Origin: Squalus acanthias
Taxonomy: Eukaryota
Reading direction: 5' to 3'
NCBI GenBank assembly: GCA_030390025.1
Contig: CM059428.1
Coordinates: 168,578,001 to 168,642,000, forward strand
Length of the DNA: 64,000 nt
The notes under the pieces are model-generated. The model made no database searches. It was given only the letters and a program-made list of their open reading frames with translations, and was not told the origin of the DNA. The position numbers were made by a program, and so were the translations under genes. Of the stretch, positions 1-13,199 are shown piece by piece. Every line of letters starts with the position of its first letter. Position 1 is the first letter of the stretch.

Positions 1-512
1 TATACTTGCCATAGAGGGAGTGCAACGAAGGTTCACGAGATTGATTCCTGGGATGGCGGGACTGTCGTATGAGAAGAGATTGAGTAAACTAGGCCTGTAT
101 TCTTTTGAATTCAGAAGAATGAGTGGGGATCTCATTGAAGCATACAAAATTATTACAGGGCTTGATAGGGTGGATGCTGGGAGAATGTTTCCCTTGGCTG
201 GGGAGTCTAGAACCAGGGGCCACAGCCTCAGGATAAAGGGTAGACCATTCAGGACTGAGATGAGAAGAAATTTCTTCACACAGAGGGTGGTGAATCTTTG
301 GAATTCTCTACCCCAGAGGGCTGTGGAGGCTCAGTCATTGGGTATATTAAAAACAGAAGTCGATAGATTTCTGACAAGTAAAGGCATCAAGGGATATGGC
401 GATCGGGCCGGTGAATGGAGTTGAGGCAGAAGATCAGCCATGATCTCACTGAATGGCGGAGCAGGTTTGAGGGGCCAAATGGCCTACTCCTGCTCCTATT
501 TCTTATGTTCTT
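1..512 (+). mobile_element. CR1 LINE 3' end (ORF2 C-terminus and 3'UTR), cut by window edge
   Basis: ORF 20..424 with CR1 motifs (LSYEKRL...RTRGHSL...RNFFTQRVVNLWNSLP). Tail ggcctactcctgctcctatttcttatgttctt. Confidence 0.92.
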
Positions 513-690
513 CTGTCTTCTTTCATTAGCATGTCCAATATGATGTCGAACGTTTTTCAGGTATTCTTGGGGCACAGGACATAGCCCTGCAAAATCGGTC
601 ATTTTCCCCCCTGGAAAACAGCCACAATGATTACCAATTTCTACCCCCAAATTTCAGATGCTACTAATGAGCAGAGCTCAGATCCAAGTA

Positions 691-1054
691 CAGGAAACTC
701 TTTATTAACCGGCACCGACGGGACCGGCGTGGTGCCAGTTAATCAAAAAGTCCGGATAACGGAGAGTTATATCTCCCAACGTACGAGAGCCCCGTACACA
801 TTGACATGCGCCTGCATTCGGAGCTCCGTCTCCCCGGGGACCGCCAGCTGACCATCTGTCGTGTCCGCTGCCTACCCGGGCTGCACATTCCCCTCCCAAT
901 CTACACGCTCCGATACAAGGCAAACGCCTCGGGGTTTTTTTTTAAGTTAATTTTAAACGAGAGATGAAGGAAAACCCCGGTTACCTACTCAAGAATTTTG
1001 CCGGTTAAGAGAGATTTCCGGATATTTGGGTGCCGGTTAATAAAGAGTTTCCTG
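691..1054. mobile_element. Tc1/mariner-type (Tigger/pogo-like) MITE
   Basis: Perfect 26-bp TIR caggaaactctttattaaccggcacc. TA on both flanks (689-690, 1055-1056). Confidence 0.88.
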
Positions 1055-2429
1055 TATTTGTGGCCTGGTCCCTAGCCTCCCAGCAAAACTGATGGCTGGG
1101 AATGGAGACAAAGGCCAACCTTCCTACAAGGCTGACCATTCATACCCTTTAGCCTTGAGGGATGTCTGTGCCTCTCTGAAGTTCCCACTGCATCAATCGG
1201 CCCTCGACCCAGTTTGGCACAACAGGCAACAATCAGGAGAACTCACTTCAGTTAAATTTACAGCCTGGCATGATGGAATCACCAGACTAGGCTAGCTCAT
1301 GCACAAGCTATTCCACTAGTTGGCTAAAAAATTTCACCTCTCCCAACATGACCATCTCTAGATGCCACATTATCTCCAGAACCCTGCAATACTCTGCAGA
1401 CTTCAGCATGAGCCAGTTCTCCTGGAGTTTTTCCTTCACTCCCCAATGGTTTCCTGCATCTCCACCCTGTGCACAATTCTCATGACAATGACCAAAGATA
1501 GGACAGAAAACCTGAGAAAAGCCCAAAATCTAACCACTTATTAAGGGAAGGTGACTAATGAATGGCACGGAGACAGATCCTAAATCCTATCAGATGCAAC
1601 AAAATGCACGAAGACCAACTCAAGATTATATATGACACATAGTGCACCCATGTTCAAGCACCACAAATTGCATCCCTCCATATCAGACAATGCTGGATAG
1701 GTTGTGGCCAGAAGAGCACACCCCTCCACATATTGTTGCCATGCCTCTGCATTCAGCCATTCTGGATAGCAGTTTGGGAGACCACAAGGACCATGGGTGG
1801 CCTTGCAATTCCAGAGGAATTCCACAGGCTTACCCACTCCCTCCCACAATCAACAGGCTAACACAACTCTCACTACTAGCTGCAAGAAGATGATACTCGA
1901 CTCTAAAGCTAAGAGCAGCCCTCCCACCAATAACATGTGGCTTAAGCATAGTTGGAACAGATCTCAATTAGAACGAGTGTTGTTCAGCTCCTGCTTGGAA
2001 TGATAGAAATAGAAAGCAGTCTGGGGTCCATTCTTGAAGGGTCATTCAGCATAAACTGCATTCTCCCAGCAGAGCAGCCCACCCACTAGCCACATGGCCA
2101 AGGAATATAACCAACAGAATCACTAGTAGGCATAGGATCCACCCTTCCACCCACACCAGACCTAATTGATCCCCAATACCAAGATCAAACAAGTTGCCTC
2201 AACTACTGATATACACTGCACCCAACACAAGCAGTCTTGCCAAGACTCCTGCAAGCACTTTGCAATTAACTTGTACAATGTTTTCATAAAATATATATTT
2301 GAATGTAGATTTTAGGGAATTAAATTAAGAGGGAATCTCTGAGCAAATTCAGTTTTGAAAGCACAGCAAAAACACACTGAAATTGGCACAAAGAAACACA
2401 ACAGCAACAATAACACAAATATGAATCTG

Positions 2430-2990
2430 CTTTAAGAGATAGGAGGGATGGGAGAGTGGGTGTGTACCTGGATGCATTTGAGAACCTTAGCGAGGAATGA
2501 GCAATTGGAAAGGTAAATGGGTGCAGGGTGGGCTTTCAAAGAAAGGATGATAACAGCAATTTTGACGGGTAGAGTGACAATGTCAGCGCTGTTAATGTCA
2601 GCAAGCATCGGGCCAAAAAGAGGCAGTTCAGTAATTAGCAGCTGAGTCATGAGTGAGTCAATAGAGCAGATGGTGGGCCTCATGGGGAACATGAGTCTGG
2701 TCAGAGCTGGAAAGGTGATAGGAAGCTACAAAATATTGTGGTGCAGAGGTAGGGCAGAAGGGGTTGAAAGCAGGGAAAGTAATGGAATAAAAAGAGGATG
2801 AAACAGCTGAACAGATAGTCTCAATTTTGGAGACAAAGAAATACCTGAGCTTCACACATCAGTGGTGGGGATGAAAATGGCCAAGTGGAAGACCAAAGCA
2901 GGAAGCCTGAAATAAAGAGGTTTGTCCTTGCCCTCCATGACGATTCTAGAGTAGCACGAGGATTTGATAGCCGTGAGGAAGAAGCCACTA
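2430..2990 (-). mobile_element. Decayed L2-type LINE internal fragment
   Basis: Degenerate RT-proximal motif (PIYLSNCSFLAKVLK resembling YRPISNLPFLSKVLE). Boundaries approximate. Confidence 0.5.
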
Positions 2991-3079
2991 AGCATTAAAA
3001 ATATTAGTGGAGAGGATGAAAAAGTCTATGTGATGAAAATCAAGAGATTGAATAATGGTGAATAATGATTGAGTCCTAC

Positions 3080-3346
3080 CCTTCACTTTTAGGCAAGCAA
3101 TGGTCTGCTGATCTCCAGAATCACACATATATGTTCCAGTATCTTCTATTTTCAGGTCGTGGATTAACAATTCAGTGATGGCACCTTTCTGCTTCATTTC
3201 ATGCTTGTCACTTGGGTGAAGTACCACAGATCCCTTTTTCCATTCTACTGGAGCACCAGGTTTGGTAATCTCACAGCGCAGTGTGGCAGTACCATTCTCT
3301 TCAGCTTCTTCGTTCTGAAGCTCTTGTTTGAAAAGCACAGGCAACG
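3080..3346 (-). CDS. OBSCN: Obscurin exon U, Ig domain (267 nt; ALPVLFKQEL...ACLKVK)
   Basis: Acceptor gtccctcag|CG, donor AAGG|gtagga. Confidence 0.92.
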
Positions 3347-5329
3347 CTGAGGGACGCATTAATGTGAATCATTTAATATTAGAGTGATGTTTACACAAGA
3401 TCCATATCTTTGGGCAACACAATTTTGTTTTACAATACTACAGTACATAATAACACTGAAATGTAATAACTAGAATAGACCATTCAGCTCCCTGTTATTT
3501 GGACCCAATCTGGCTAACTTTCATCTTTTACTACACATGATTTACATATATTTTAATTCTTTGCTTAATCCCTTCTGAATGGTTTAGGTAAATCACTGCT
3601 TATTGTATAAATGTCAGTCTATTCATAAGTCAATGGACAGATTTTACTGTTGCTGTGTGTCAACGTTTTGGATTGACTAGGCACAGCGAGTAGAAAGAGG
3701 TCGGGCAGGAAGGGCCACACACCCATAAGCGAACTGCCTAATTTTCGTCCACTTAAATTAATGCCCAGGAACAAGAAAATCTGCCCCATTGGCTCTAAGC
3801 AGGAAGAAATAATTGAGGTTAACTATAAAATCAAAGTTGAAATCCCTGCCTCCACTAATGTTCATACTCAAGCCTAAATTAAGTTCAGCCAGGTGAAAAA
3901 TCTGATGATTGGGGTTTTTAAGACGTCACACTGACGGTACTCATAGGGTCAATCACCTGTTCAGCCATTACATCCTCCTTCCCATTAAGAATAGCAGGAT
4001 AGCTGTTAGGCTGGTGATTTATTTCAAGCTACATAGCTTACAGTACATACACAATGGACACTTGCAGTGAAAAGAACTGAGATTTTCCTTACACCATGAT
4101 CCAGCAACACTTACCTGATAAATGGGAAAATTAATATATTTTATAAATTCTCTATCGTGCTTAGCTCATAAGATGTGTTGCTTTTTAAATCAATACGTTT
4201 AGTAATATTATAGCCAAATTAATAAAATAAAATCAATTCAAGGTCGATTCAGATAACATTTTCTTTAAAACTAACTTTTTAATTCACTAGCCGGTAATTT
4301 CTTATACTGTTTAGTAAAAAAGTGACTTACTACAAATGAGATGCAAGACATTTCTAAAATTGTCCACATCATTGATATAAAAATTGGTAGATGAAGGCTT
4401 GCCAAGTAAAATTTGAGTTATGCTAGTAACTGAAAGTCAATAAGCAGGGCTTGTTTAGTCAGTAGGCTGGACAACATTAAATCAGTGGCTTCCCAATGAA
4501 ACAAAATCTATGGCAAAAGCAATATAATACAGAGCAATGTTGAGACCAAGTAGCATATTGGTTTGAGCAGTGACTTAAGGGAGACAATAATCCTACCCTG
4601 TGTGTGCACACAAATGAGCTGACTTCAGCAGACAGCTGAAAAGGCCAAAATTTCTTCAGGACTGGAGACCCAATTGGAGGGGGCGGAGGGTAAATGGGCA
4701 CGAGACCTATTGGAGCAGCAAAATTGGGTGGGCCCCAAACATTACTCCTGATGTGACAAGGAGGCAGGTTGGCTTCCCTCTCAGAATTCCCACAACTCCT
4801 GCCCCCCTTTCTGCCCAGCAATAAGCGCCAGGTCATTTTATGGGCGAAACTGAGGCCCACCTGGATCTGGACACCCTTGAAAAATGCCCAGGTGTCAGGG
4901 AGCTTTTCAACAACTTTAAAAAAATCTGTTAAGCTGATTGCGCTGACTGGCCACTCAAGTGCCTTGCCAGCACTGCACGTTCTACCCCCACCCCAGCAGA
5001 TGCCCAAGATGCATTCATGCTAAAATGCTCAAATAAGGTATTTTCAGATACTCCGGCAGAGTCAGGAGCAGAGGTCAACAATGGATCAGGATTCCTGCTC
5101 CACTTCACATACTGGCGTAACAGTCCCGAGGATTTTAAGGGTCAAAATCTGTAATAACCAATGAAAATAACCAAAAGGCTCGAGTTTGATGCATTACCTA
5201 TATTACAAATCAATGAGAAACATAATATTAATGTTGTCTAACCTTGGATAATTAGTAAATGGTACAGTTACTGTGATCATTATTATTGGCAGGGTAAACA
5301 CAGCTTATGAGCAAACCTTTCTTCCTTAC

Positions 5330-5599
5330 CATTCACTTTGACAATGACTTTAGTACATGACGCCACAGTGTGGCATTCATATGTTCCAGCGTCCTCCTCA
5401 ACACTTTTACAAACAATCAGTCTGGCTTCATTCCCAGAACGACTGATTTTGTGCTTGGATGTATTTTTCAAAAGCTTTTCATCCTTAAACCATTTAACTG
5501 GGCAGTCCGGTTTGGACGTTTCACAGAATAAGATGATATCCTCTCCTTCAATGACAGTAGCTGAAGCTGCCAACTCTTTTATTATGATGGGTGGTTTTT
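5330..5599 (-). CDS. OBSCN: Obscurin exon T, Ig domain (270 nt; EKPPIIIKEL...VIVKVN)
   Basis: Acceptor ttgttttag|AA, donor AATG|gtaagg. Confidence 0.92.
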
Positions 5600-6501
5600 C
5601 TAAAACAATATGAATATAGGTTAACTTTATAATGTCTCCAACAGCTTCCCCTCAACCAGCTGGAATTAGGTACTATTTTTGGTTCACCCATGAAGCATGT
5701 GAGCCGTTCAATAAGGTAACCAATATTTTGTCCTTCTGAAGAATGCATTTGATAAACAGGGAAAATAATCGTACTTGACTAAGTCAACTTTAATAGGCTA
5801 AATATTTCTACAATCAAGGAAGTGGAAATGGCCTTTGCGTTTTAAAGAATTGCTTTGTCCTTAGTTCATATATATGATGTACACAAGAACGTAGTGAAGA
5901 CATTGCTTTATATTGCAAGTGCAGTTTCTGCAGGAAAGAATGGACAAATGACATCAATTATAAACAACCTAGAAATTATGGAAGTTTATTCATTGGCTCT
6001 AATAGCAGATCCTTGAGGTTATTCCCTCCAGTGACCATTCTGCAGCAAAAAGTAAACAGAATCGGAGATAAGTATGGCACTGGATAAATAACTCACTTAA
6101 AAACAAGAAACAGAGCAGCCACAAACTGAAGCTGTTTAGGTTGGAAAAAGGGTACCCTAAGTCTCATTCTTGGGACCTTGCTATTTGTAATACTGTATAT
6201 ATGAATGAATTAGATGAGGATATTATAAGTAAAATATACAAATTTGCAAATGGCAAAAAAAGAGGAGATATAAGCAAATACTGAGAACCAATACTACTAG
6301 GTTCAGGATTTAGGGACTATATTTTCTACCCACTGACTATGAATGGACAAAATCTAGGGTTGCATTTTAATTTGGGCCACCCGGCATAAAAGGGGGCTGT
6401 AGCAGCTTGAAAATGGCTTACGCAAGCGCTCCGGCCGCCACCAACTTCAAGAGGGTATACCGTTAGGTGACGGAAGCCTACTTGTTTCGGACGATAGGCC
6501 C

Positions 6502-9072
6502 TTTTTAAAAAATTTGTTCATGGGATGTGGGCGTCGCTGGCAAGGCTGGCATTTATTGCCCATCCTTAGTTGCCCTCGAGAAGGTGGTGGTGAGCCGCCT
6601 TCTTGAACCGCTGCAGTCCATGTGGTGAGGGTGCTCCCACAGTGCTGTTAGGGAGGGAGTTCCAGGATTTTGATCCAGCGACGATGAAGGAACGGCGATA
6701 TACTTCCAAGTCAGGATGGCTTGTGACTTGGAGGGGGAACTTGGAGGTGGTGGTGTTCCCATGCGCCTGCTGCCCTTGTCCTTCTAGGTGGTAGAGGTCA
6801 GTGGTTTGGGAGGTGCTGCCGAAGAAGCCTTGGCGAGTTGTTGCAGTGCATCTTGTAGATGGTACACACCGCAGCCACGGTACGCCAGTGGTGGAAGGAG
6901 TGAATGTTTAAGGTGGTGGATGGGGTGCCAATCAAGCAGGCTTCTTTGTCTTGGATGGTGTCAAGCTTCGAGTGTTGTTGGAGCTGCACTCATCCAGGCA
7001 AGTAGAGAATATTCCATCACACTCCTGACTTGTGCCTTGTAGATGGTGGAAAGGCTTTGGGGAGTCAGGAGGTGAGACACTCGCCGCAGAATACCCAGCC
7101 TCTGATCTGCTCTTGTTGGCGCAGTATTTATGTGGCTGGTCCAGTTAAGTTTCTAGTTAATGGTGCCCCCCAGGATATTGATGGTGGGGGATTCGGCGAT
7201 AGTAATGCCGTTGAATGTCAAGGGGCGGTGGTTAGACGCTCGCTTGTTGGAGATAGTCATTGCCTGGCACTTGTATGGCACGAATGTTACCAGCCACTTA
7301 TCAGCCCAAGCCTGAATGTCGTCCAGGTCTTGCTGCATGCGGGCATGGACTGCTTCATTATCTGAGGAGTAGCGAATGGCACTGAACACTGTGCAGCCAT
7401 CAGCGAAATCCCCACTTCTGACCTTATGATGGAGGGAAGGTCATTGATGGAGCAGCTGAAGATGGTTGGGCCTAGGACACTGCCCCGAGGAACTCCTGCA
7501 GCGATGTCCTGGGGCTGTGATGATTGACCTCCAACCACCACAACCATCTTCCTTTGTGCTAGGTATGACTCCAGCCAGTGGAGAGTTTCCCCCCCCAATT
7601 CCAATTGACTTCAGTTTTACTAGGGCTCCTTGATGCCACACTCTGTCAAATGCTGCCTTGATGTCAAGGGCAGTCACTCTCACCTCACCTCTGGAATTCA
7701 GCTCTTTTGTTCATGTTTGGACTAAGGCTGTAATGAGGCCTGGAGCTGAGTGGTCCGAGCGGAACCCAAACTGCGCATCAGTGAGCAGGTTATTGGTGAG
7801 CACAGTCAACGACACCTTCCATCACTTTGCTGATGACTGAGAGTAGACTGATGGGGCGGTAATTGGCCGGATTGGATTTGTCCTGCTTTTTGTGGACAGG
7901 ACATACCTGGGCAGTTTTCCACATGGTCGGATAGATGCCAGTGTTATAGCTGTACCGGAACAGCTCGGCTAGAGGCGTGGCTAGTTCTGGAGCACAAGTC
8001 TTCAGCACGACAGCCGGTCTTTGCTATATCCAGTGCGCTCAGCCGTTTCTTGATATCATGTGGAGTGAATCGAATTGGCTGAAGACTGGCTTCTGTGGTG
8101 GTGGGGACCTCAGGAGGAGGCCGATATGGATCATCCACTCGGCACTTCTGGCTGAAGATGGTTGCAAACGCTTCAGCTTTGTCTTTTGCACTCACGTGCT
8201 GGGCTCTACCATCATTGAGGATGGGGATATTCATGGAGCCTCCTCCTCCCGTTAGTTGTTTAATGGTCCACCACCATTCACGACTGGATGTGGCAGGACT
8301 GCGGAGCTTCGATCTGATCCGTTGATTGTGGGATTGCTTAGCGCTGTCTATAGCATGCTGCTTCCGCTTTTTAGCATGCATGTAGTCCTGTGTTACAGCT
8401 TCCCCAGTTTGGCACCTCATTTTTAGGTACGCTTGGTCTGGCTCCTGGCATGCTCTTCTACACTCCTTATTGAACCAGGGTTGGTCCCCTGGCTTGATGG
8501 TAATGGTAGAGTGAGGGATATGCCGGGCCACGAGGTTACAGATTGTGGTGGAATACAATTCTGCTGCCCACAGCGCCTCATGGATGTCCAGTTTTGAGCT
8601 GCTAGATCTGTTCTGAATCGATCCCATTTAGCACGGTGGTAGTGCCACACAACACGACGGAGGGTGTACTCAGTGTGAAGACGGGACTTCGTCTCCACAA
8701 TGACTGTGCGGTGGTCACTGCTACCAATGCTGTCATGGACAGATGCATCTGCGATGGGTAGATTGGTGAGGACGAAGTCAAGTAGGGTTTTACCTCGTGT
8801 TGGTTCTCTCACCACCTGTCGCAGGCCCAGACTGGCAGCTATGTCCTTCAGAACTCGGCCAGCTCGGTCAGTAGTGGTGCTACCGAGCCACTCTTGGTGA
8901 TGGACACTGAAGTTCTCCACCCAGAATACATTCTGTGCCCTTACTACTCGAAGTGCTTCTTCCAAGTGGTGTTCAACATGGAGGAGTACTGACTCAGCTG
9001 AGGGAGGGCGGTAGGTGGTAATCAGTAGGAGGTTTCCTTGCCCATGCTTGATCTGAAGCCATGAGACTTCAT
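6502..9072 (-). mobile_element. CR1-group non-LTR retrotransposon, decayed ORF2 (APE endonuclease + RT) and 3' tail
   Basis: Fragmented ORFs: PTRGKTLLDFVLTN and SDH (APE), NPANYRPISLLSVISKVME, ALDIKAAFDRVWH, GVPRGSVLGP (RT). Frameshifts and small deletions. A/T-rich tail near 6502-6516. Confidence 0.9.
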
Positions 9073-9377
9073 GCTAGGCCATTTCAGAGGGCAGTTAAGA
9101 GTCAACCACATTGCTGTGGGTCTGGAGTCACATATAGGCCAGACCAAGTAAGGACGGCAGATTTCCTTCCCTAAAGGACGTTAGTGAACCAGATGGGTTT
9201 TTACGACAATCCAATAGTTTCATGGTCACCATTACTGATACTAGCTTTTTATTCCAGATTTATTTAATTAACTGAATTTAAATTCCCCAGCTGCCGTGGT
9301 GGGATTTGAACCCATGTCTCCGGATCGTTAGTCCAGGATTACTCGTCCAGTAACATAACCACTATGCTACTGTTCCC
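9073..9377 (-). mobile_element. tRNA-derived SINE head/body fused to the 5' end of the adjacent LINE
   Basis: Minus strand begins GGGAACAGTAGCATAGTGG (A box 9359-9369), then GGTTCAAATCC (B box 9302-9312). Runs directly into LINE APE coding sequence. Confidence 0.82.
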
Positions 9378-9734
9378 GTATGCAAATAGGGTCTTATGAC
9401 ATTCATAGGGCCTCGACTGCCATTTTAAAACAGAACTGGGTGAAGCATACGCTGCCCAGTTGCATCTGGCGGTCCATCTAAAGAGGAGCACAACGGCATC
9501 TTTTTATTTATTTTTATGGGGGTTAGGAGGAGCAGTGGTGCACAAAAATAACTTGGGTTGCTGCCACACTGTGTCCCCCACCTCCAATCGAACATTATTT
9601 TGGTCGGGCCCACCTCCAGGGCACCCAATTTTGTGCTGGCCTGGACCCAGTGGGCTGCCCCCATGGATCTATCAAAAAGGAATGGGCTTGTTAAGCTCAG
9701 TCTTTCCCCTTTTCCTAAATTTTTTATGGTCTTA

Positions 9735-10125
9735 GAAACATAGGCAAGGACAGGGTGGGATAAGACACTGCAGTCCATCTGACTAGTCCTCAAAACTAAT
9801 ACCTTAATTGCCCACTTCCTTAAATGTCTATCCAATTATCTATTAAAGTTTTCCCCACTAATCTGCCTCCCTGGGCAGCCCATTCCACATGTTCACCACC
9901 CTCTGCATATAGTAGTTAAATCTAAACTGTCTGTGCACCTTCCCTCTTATAAGCCTGTTCCCACGTTCCTTGGTTCTAGAATTAATGGCAATCTTGAACA
10001 TATTATCAGGGTTCAATTTATCTATCCCCTTAAGAACCTTGAATACTTGAGTAATATGTCCTCTGTGCCTTCTCTTCTTCAAAGTAAACCATCCCTGGTT
10101 GTTTAACTTCTCCTCAAGCTCAGAT
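9735..10125 (-). mobile_element. Old CR1 3' fragment
   Basis: ORF 9858..10082 (RGHITQVFKVLKGID...QRVVNMWNGLP). An L2/SINE tail follows at about 10140-10205. Confidence 0.78.
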
Positions 10126-10524
10126 GCTTTAAGGTAGTTAAAGCGCCTTGGGACGTTTTACTACGTTAAATGCGCTATATAAATACACGTTGTTGTTGTT
10201 GTCGTCAGTTAAATTGCTCTTTTCTAGTTTCAATGCCTGGATATCCTTGTTGACCAGAACTGTACAGTTTGGCCATACCAGTGCCTTAATCTTATCGTAA
10301 CCTTAATCTTACGTTCTATGGGAGAAGAAGCTACTTGCAAATTTCTCTGGGAAAACCTCCACTGCTGTAATTGCATATAATTGTAATCGCTTTCTCTATC
10401 GCTGTAAGAAAGATGGACCATCATTTACTGATTGTTGAATATGCTGTAAGACAGGATTTCTCACATCTACCGGTAACTTTCACTGTTTTAAAAAAAAGTG
10501 TTATATTTTTAAATAAAACTTTAC

Positions 10525-10797
10525 CTTTCACTGTCAGGGCAGCAGAGGTTTTCTTATCTCCAGCTTCAAATGTTATATTACCAGAATCTTTCACTGAAAG
10601 TTTTTTAACTGTTAAAGTGTGATAGCCATCCTCTAGTGATTTAATTTCATTCACATCATTGGTGTGGAGAGGTGTTTTATCCAGGAACCACTGAACGTTG
10701 TTATAATCTGATGGTGATATCTTGCACTTAAATGTTGCTGATTCGCCTTCAAGGACTTCAACATCTTCAAGGTCTTCAACCATTCGAACTTTCTGAC
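10525..10797 (-). CDS. OBSCN: Obscurin exon S, Ig domain (273 nt; GQKVRMVEDLED...AALTVK)
   Basis: Acceptor ctaattacag|GT, donor AAAG|gtaaag. WFLDKTPLH motif. Confidence 0.94.
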
Positions 10798-11327
10798 CTG
10801 TAATTAGTACATATAATTGCATACTTTGTTCCTTTGCAGGGGCACCAGGTGGAGGAGCAGGTTAGAATTCTTCTTTTCAAGATCTAACCCAGATTGAGGA
10901 GATGAAGATCTTCTCTCTTTGACGCTATTAGTAAAATGAGTCTCAATACAGTTTTCAATCAACGTGAGTACACAGCACAACACAATCCTCAAAAATGGAG
11001 TTAGCTGGAATTTTATGTGCCTGCATGCAGTTTGTTATTTGGAAGTGATAGTACCCCTTTACATAAACCTATGGGGTCTTATTGGGGAAATTTCAACTTG
11101 CGGCCAAAACAGGCTCGAAGTGGGCGGGATGATTGCATCACTCGCCCAATGACAAACCCTTTTGATGAGCATGCTGGAAGTTGGGCAGTTCGCCCCGTGG
11201 AGGGGGGGATTTTGCGTCAGCCTACCATCAGTTCTGGGTAGCCTGCACCTCTTAAAAGGTGAGGTGCAGTGCTCATTGTGGACCTGAGCTGAGCTGAAGT
11301 CAATTTCTGTGTACTGGAAGGCAGAAA

Positions 11328-12000
11328 ATGTCCACTGACCGAGCGCCCACGTTATCAGCCAGTGCCCTGGAGGCTTTAGTGGAGGAAGTAAGAAGGAGGA
11401 GGAGGAATGTCTTCTATCCTGCAGCTGGGAGAAGGGTGCCCTGCCACACTGCCAGAAAAGCATGATCCGAGGGGGCTGAGCATGTCAATACCTGCAGTTT
11501 AGCTCCTCAGACCTGGACGCAGTGCAGAAAAAAGTTCAATGATCTGACCTGGGCTGCTATGGCAAGACTCCCATTCATAGTACTGTTGTCATTGTCAGCA
11601 CAGCCCTGCACCACTTTACCGTAACAGCATCAGTGAAAATCGACTTCCCCGCTTCAGTTTCCTCTCATCCAATCATTGCAACACCCTCAGTGCCCTTCTC
11701 CTACTGCCACTTCCAAGCTGTGCCACTGTCATTAACAATTAATTCCCACTCTTGCACACACCTGATGCTTCTCCATAGTGCCAAACAAACTAGTTTACCC
11801 TCAGGCACAGATGCTCAGAACTCTTCAGCGTGCCACTCACTAACAGACTCCCTTTCATCATTCTAGGACACAATTCGAGGGAGAGGATCCTCACAGGAGG
11901 AGGGATACCATCCTTTCATGCGCTTTCAGTGGCTGAAAAGGCTGCCATGGCTATCCTGGGCAGAGGGACTGCTGGAGCTGTTGCAAAAGGAAAGGTAGGG
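11328..12000 (+). pseudogene. Harbinger Myb/SANT-like DNA-binding protein remnant (two exons)
   Basis: 11328-11561 reads MSTDRAPTLSASALEALVEEVRRRR...ARKA*...QTWTQCRKKFNDL (one stop). About 11867-11995 reads HNSRERILTGGG...EKAAMAILG. Confidence 0.8.
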
Positions 12001-12267
12001 CGAAAAATACCACAGGGTGCATGACCCTATAACCTTCCATTTCTCGTGCCACTTAATTATCCCCCCATTCAGTCTACATCACAGCCTGGTGCTTCATTGA
12101 GAAAACATTCCCTCTATATTTGCAATGATATACCATTGCCTCTAGTTACTAAACATTTTCTCTATTTCCTATTTCAAAGAACTATTTAAAGCGTGAATGC
12201 ATCTCTTAAAAGGAGGTTGCATTCACAATGCTGACGCTGGTCTCTGCATTTGCTGAAAAGCAAATTT

Positions 12268-12462
12268 AGGAAGCAAGCCCCCAGGTTTTCTGATACATCC
12301 GTGGCAGTCCTATTGAAGAGATGTGGGTTCGGTGTAAGAGATGCCATAGCATAACATTCAACAGGCCTGGAAGAAGTGGTCAAGGTAGTCAACACTATGG
12401 GAATCACCCCTCAGGACCTGGATTCAATACAGGAAAGGTTCAATGACCTGACCAGCAAGGGT
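12268..12462 (+). pseudogene. Second Harbinger Myb/SANT-like exon remnant
   Basis: KQAPRFSDTSVAVLL...EEVVKVVN...RFNDLT with frameshifts. Confidence 0.65.
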
Positions 12463-13199
12463 GGCTACAAGTCTTCATATCTTTATTTCCCTCAAATACA
12501 TTCGGCAACACCAATTTCTCACGCCCGCCCCAGCACCCTGAGCATTCCCTCACCTCCAACATATCCTTCTTCACCAATCAGAAGGGATTACTGTACCACC
12601 TCTACTTCTCATTCCAATCACACATTCACCTATTTCTTGCTAGTAACAGCATTCTGTTCTCATGTAGTAGCAACATCCTCAGGATGTGAGCTCATCTGCT
12701 CCCTAGCTAACCCCTCAACCAATGCCCATCACGTTGTCAGAAAGCCAGCTGGCCAGACTGCCCCGGCAGCAGCTGAACAGCTGCAGTCTCAAGCCCGAGA
12801 TCCCAAAGCATCTCAAGGGGCCTAACTTGAGCAACAGTGGCCTCCCACTAGCTGTGCTGAAGCCACAGGGTGAGCACTTTGCAGGAGAAGTAGGATTTTT
12901 TTTTTTAATTGAAGAAAGGCAGTTGGGGTTGACACTTGGGGGGGGGGTGGTAATGATATAAAGACTATTATTATTGTAGACATTAAAGATTTCGCATTTG
13001 GAACTTTTGTCTGCAGTGTGGTTTCATAGCAGGTCAGGATGTCATATAGATGACAGTTGATTCAATGGTTTCAATGTTCTTTAGTGCAGGGTTGAAGGAG
13101 TGGCAAATGAAGAAATAAGGAAGGGAATTGTGGAAGGTTTGTGGGGAATGAGCAGGTCAACCAAAGAGCTGCGTAATTAACTCATCCCTGGAATCTTTG

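Noticed and set aside
1092-2260. Cluster of short ORFs as a hidden gene
   Set aside because: No recognisable motifs or consistent frame. Probably an old unclassified repeat.
10840-10963. Possible antisense (+ strand) exon ttcctttgcag|...caac|gtgagt next to exon S
   Set aside because: The splice-like signals can occur by chance. There is no coding signal, partner exon or expression evidence.
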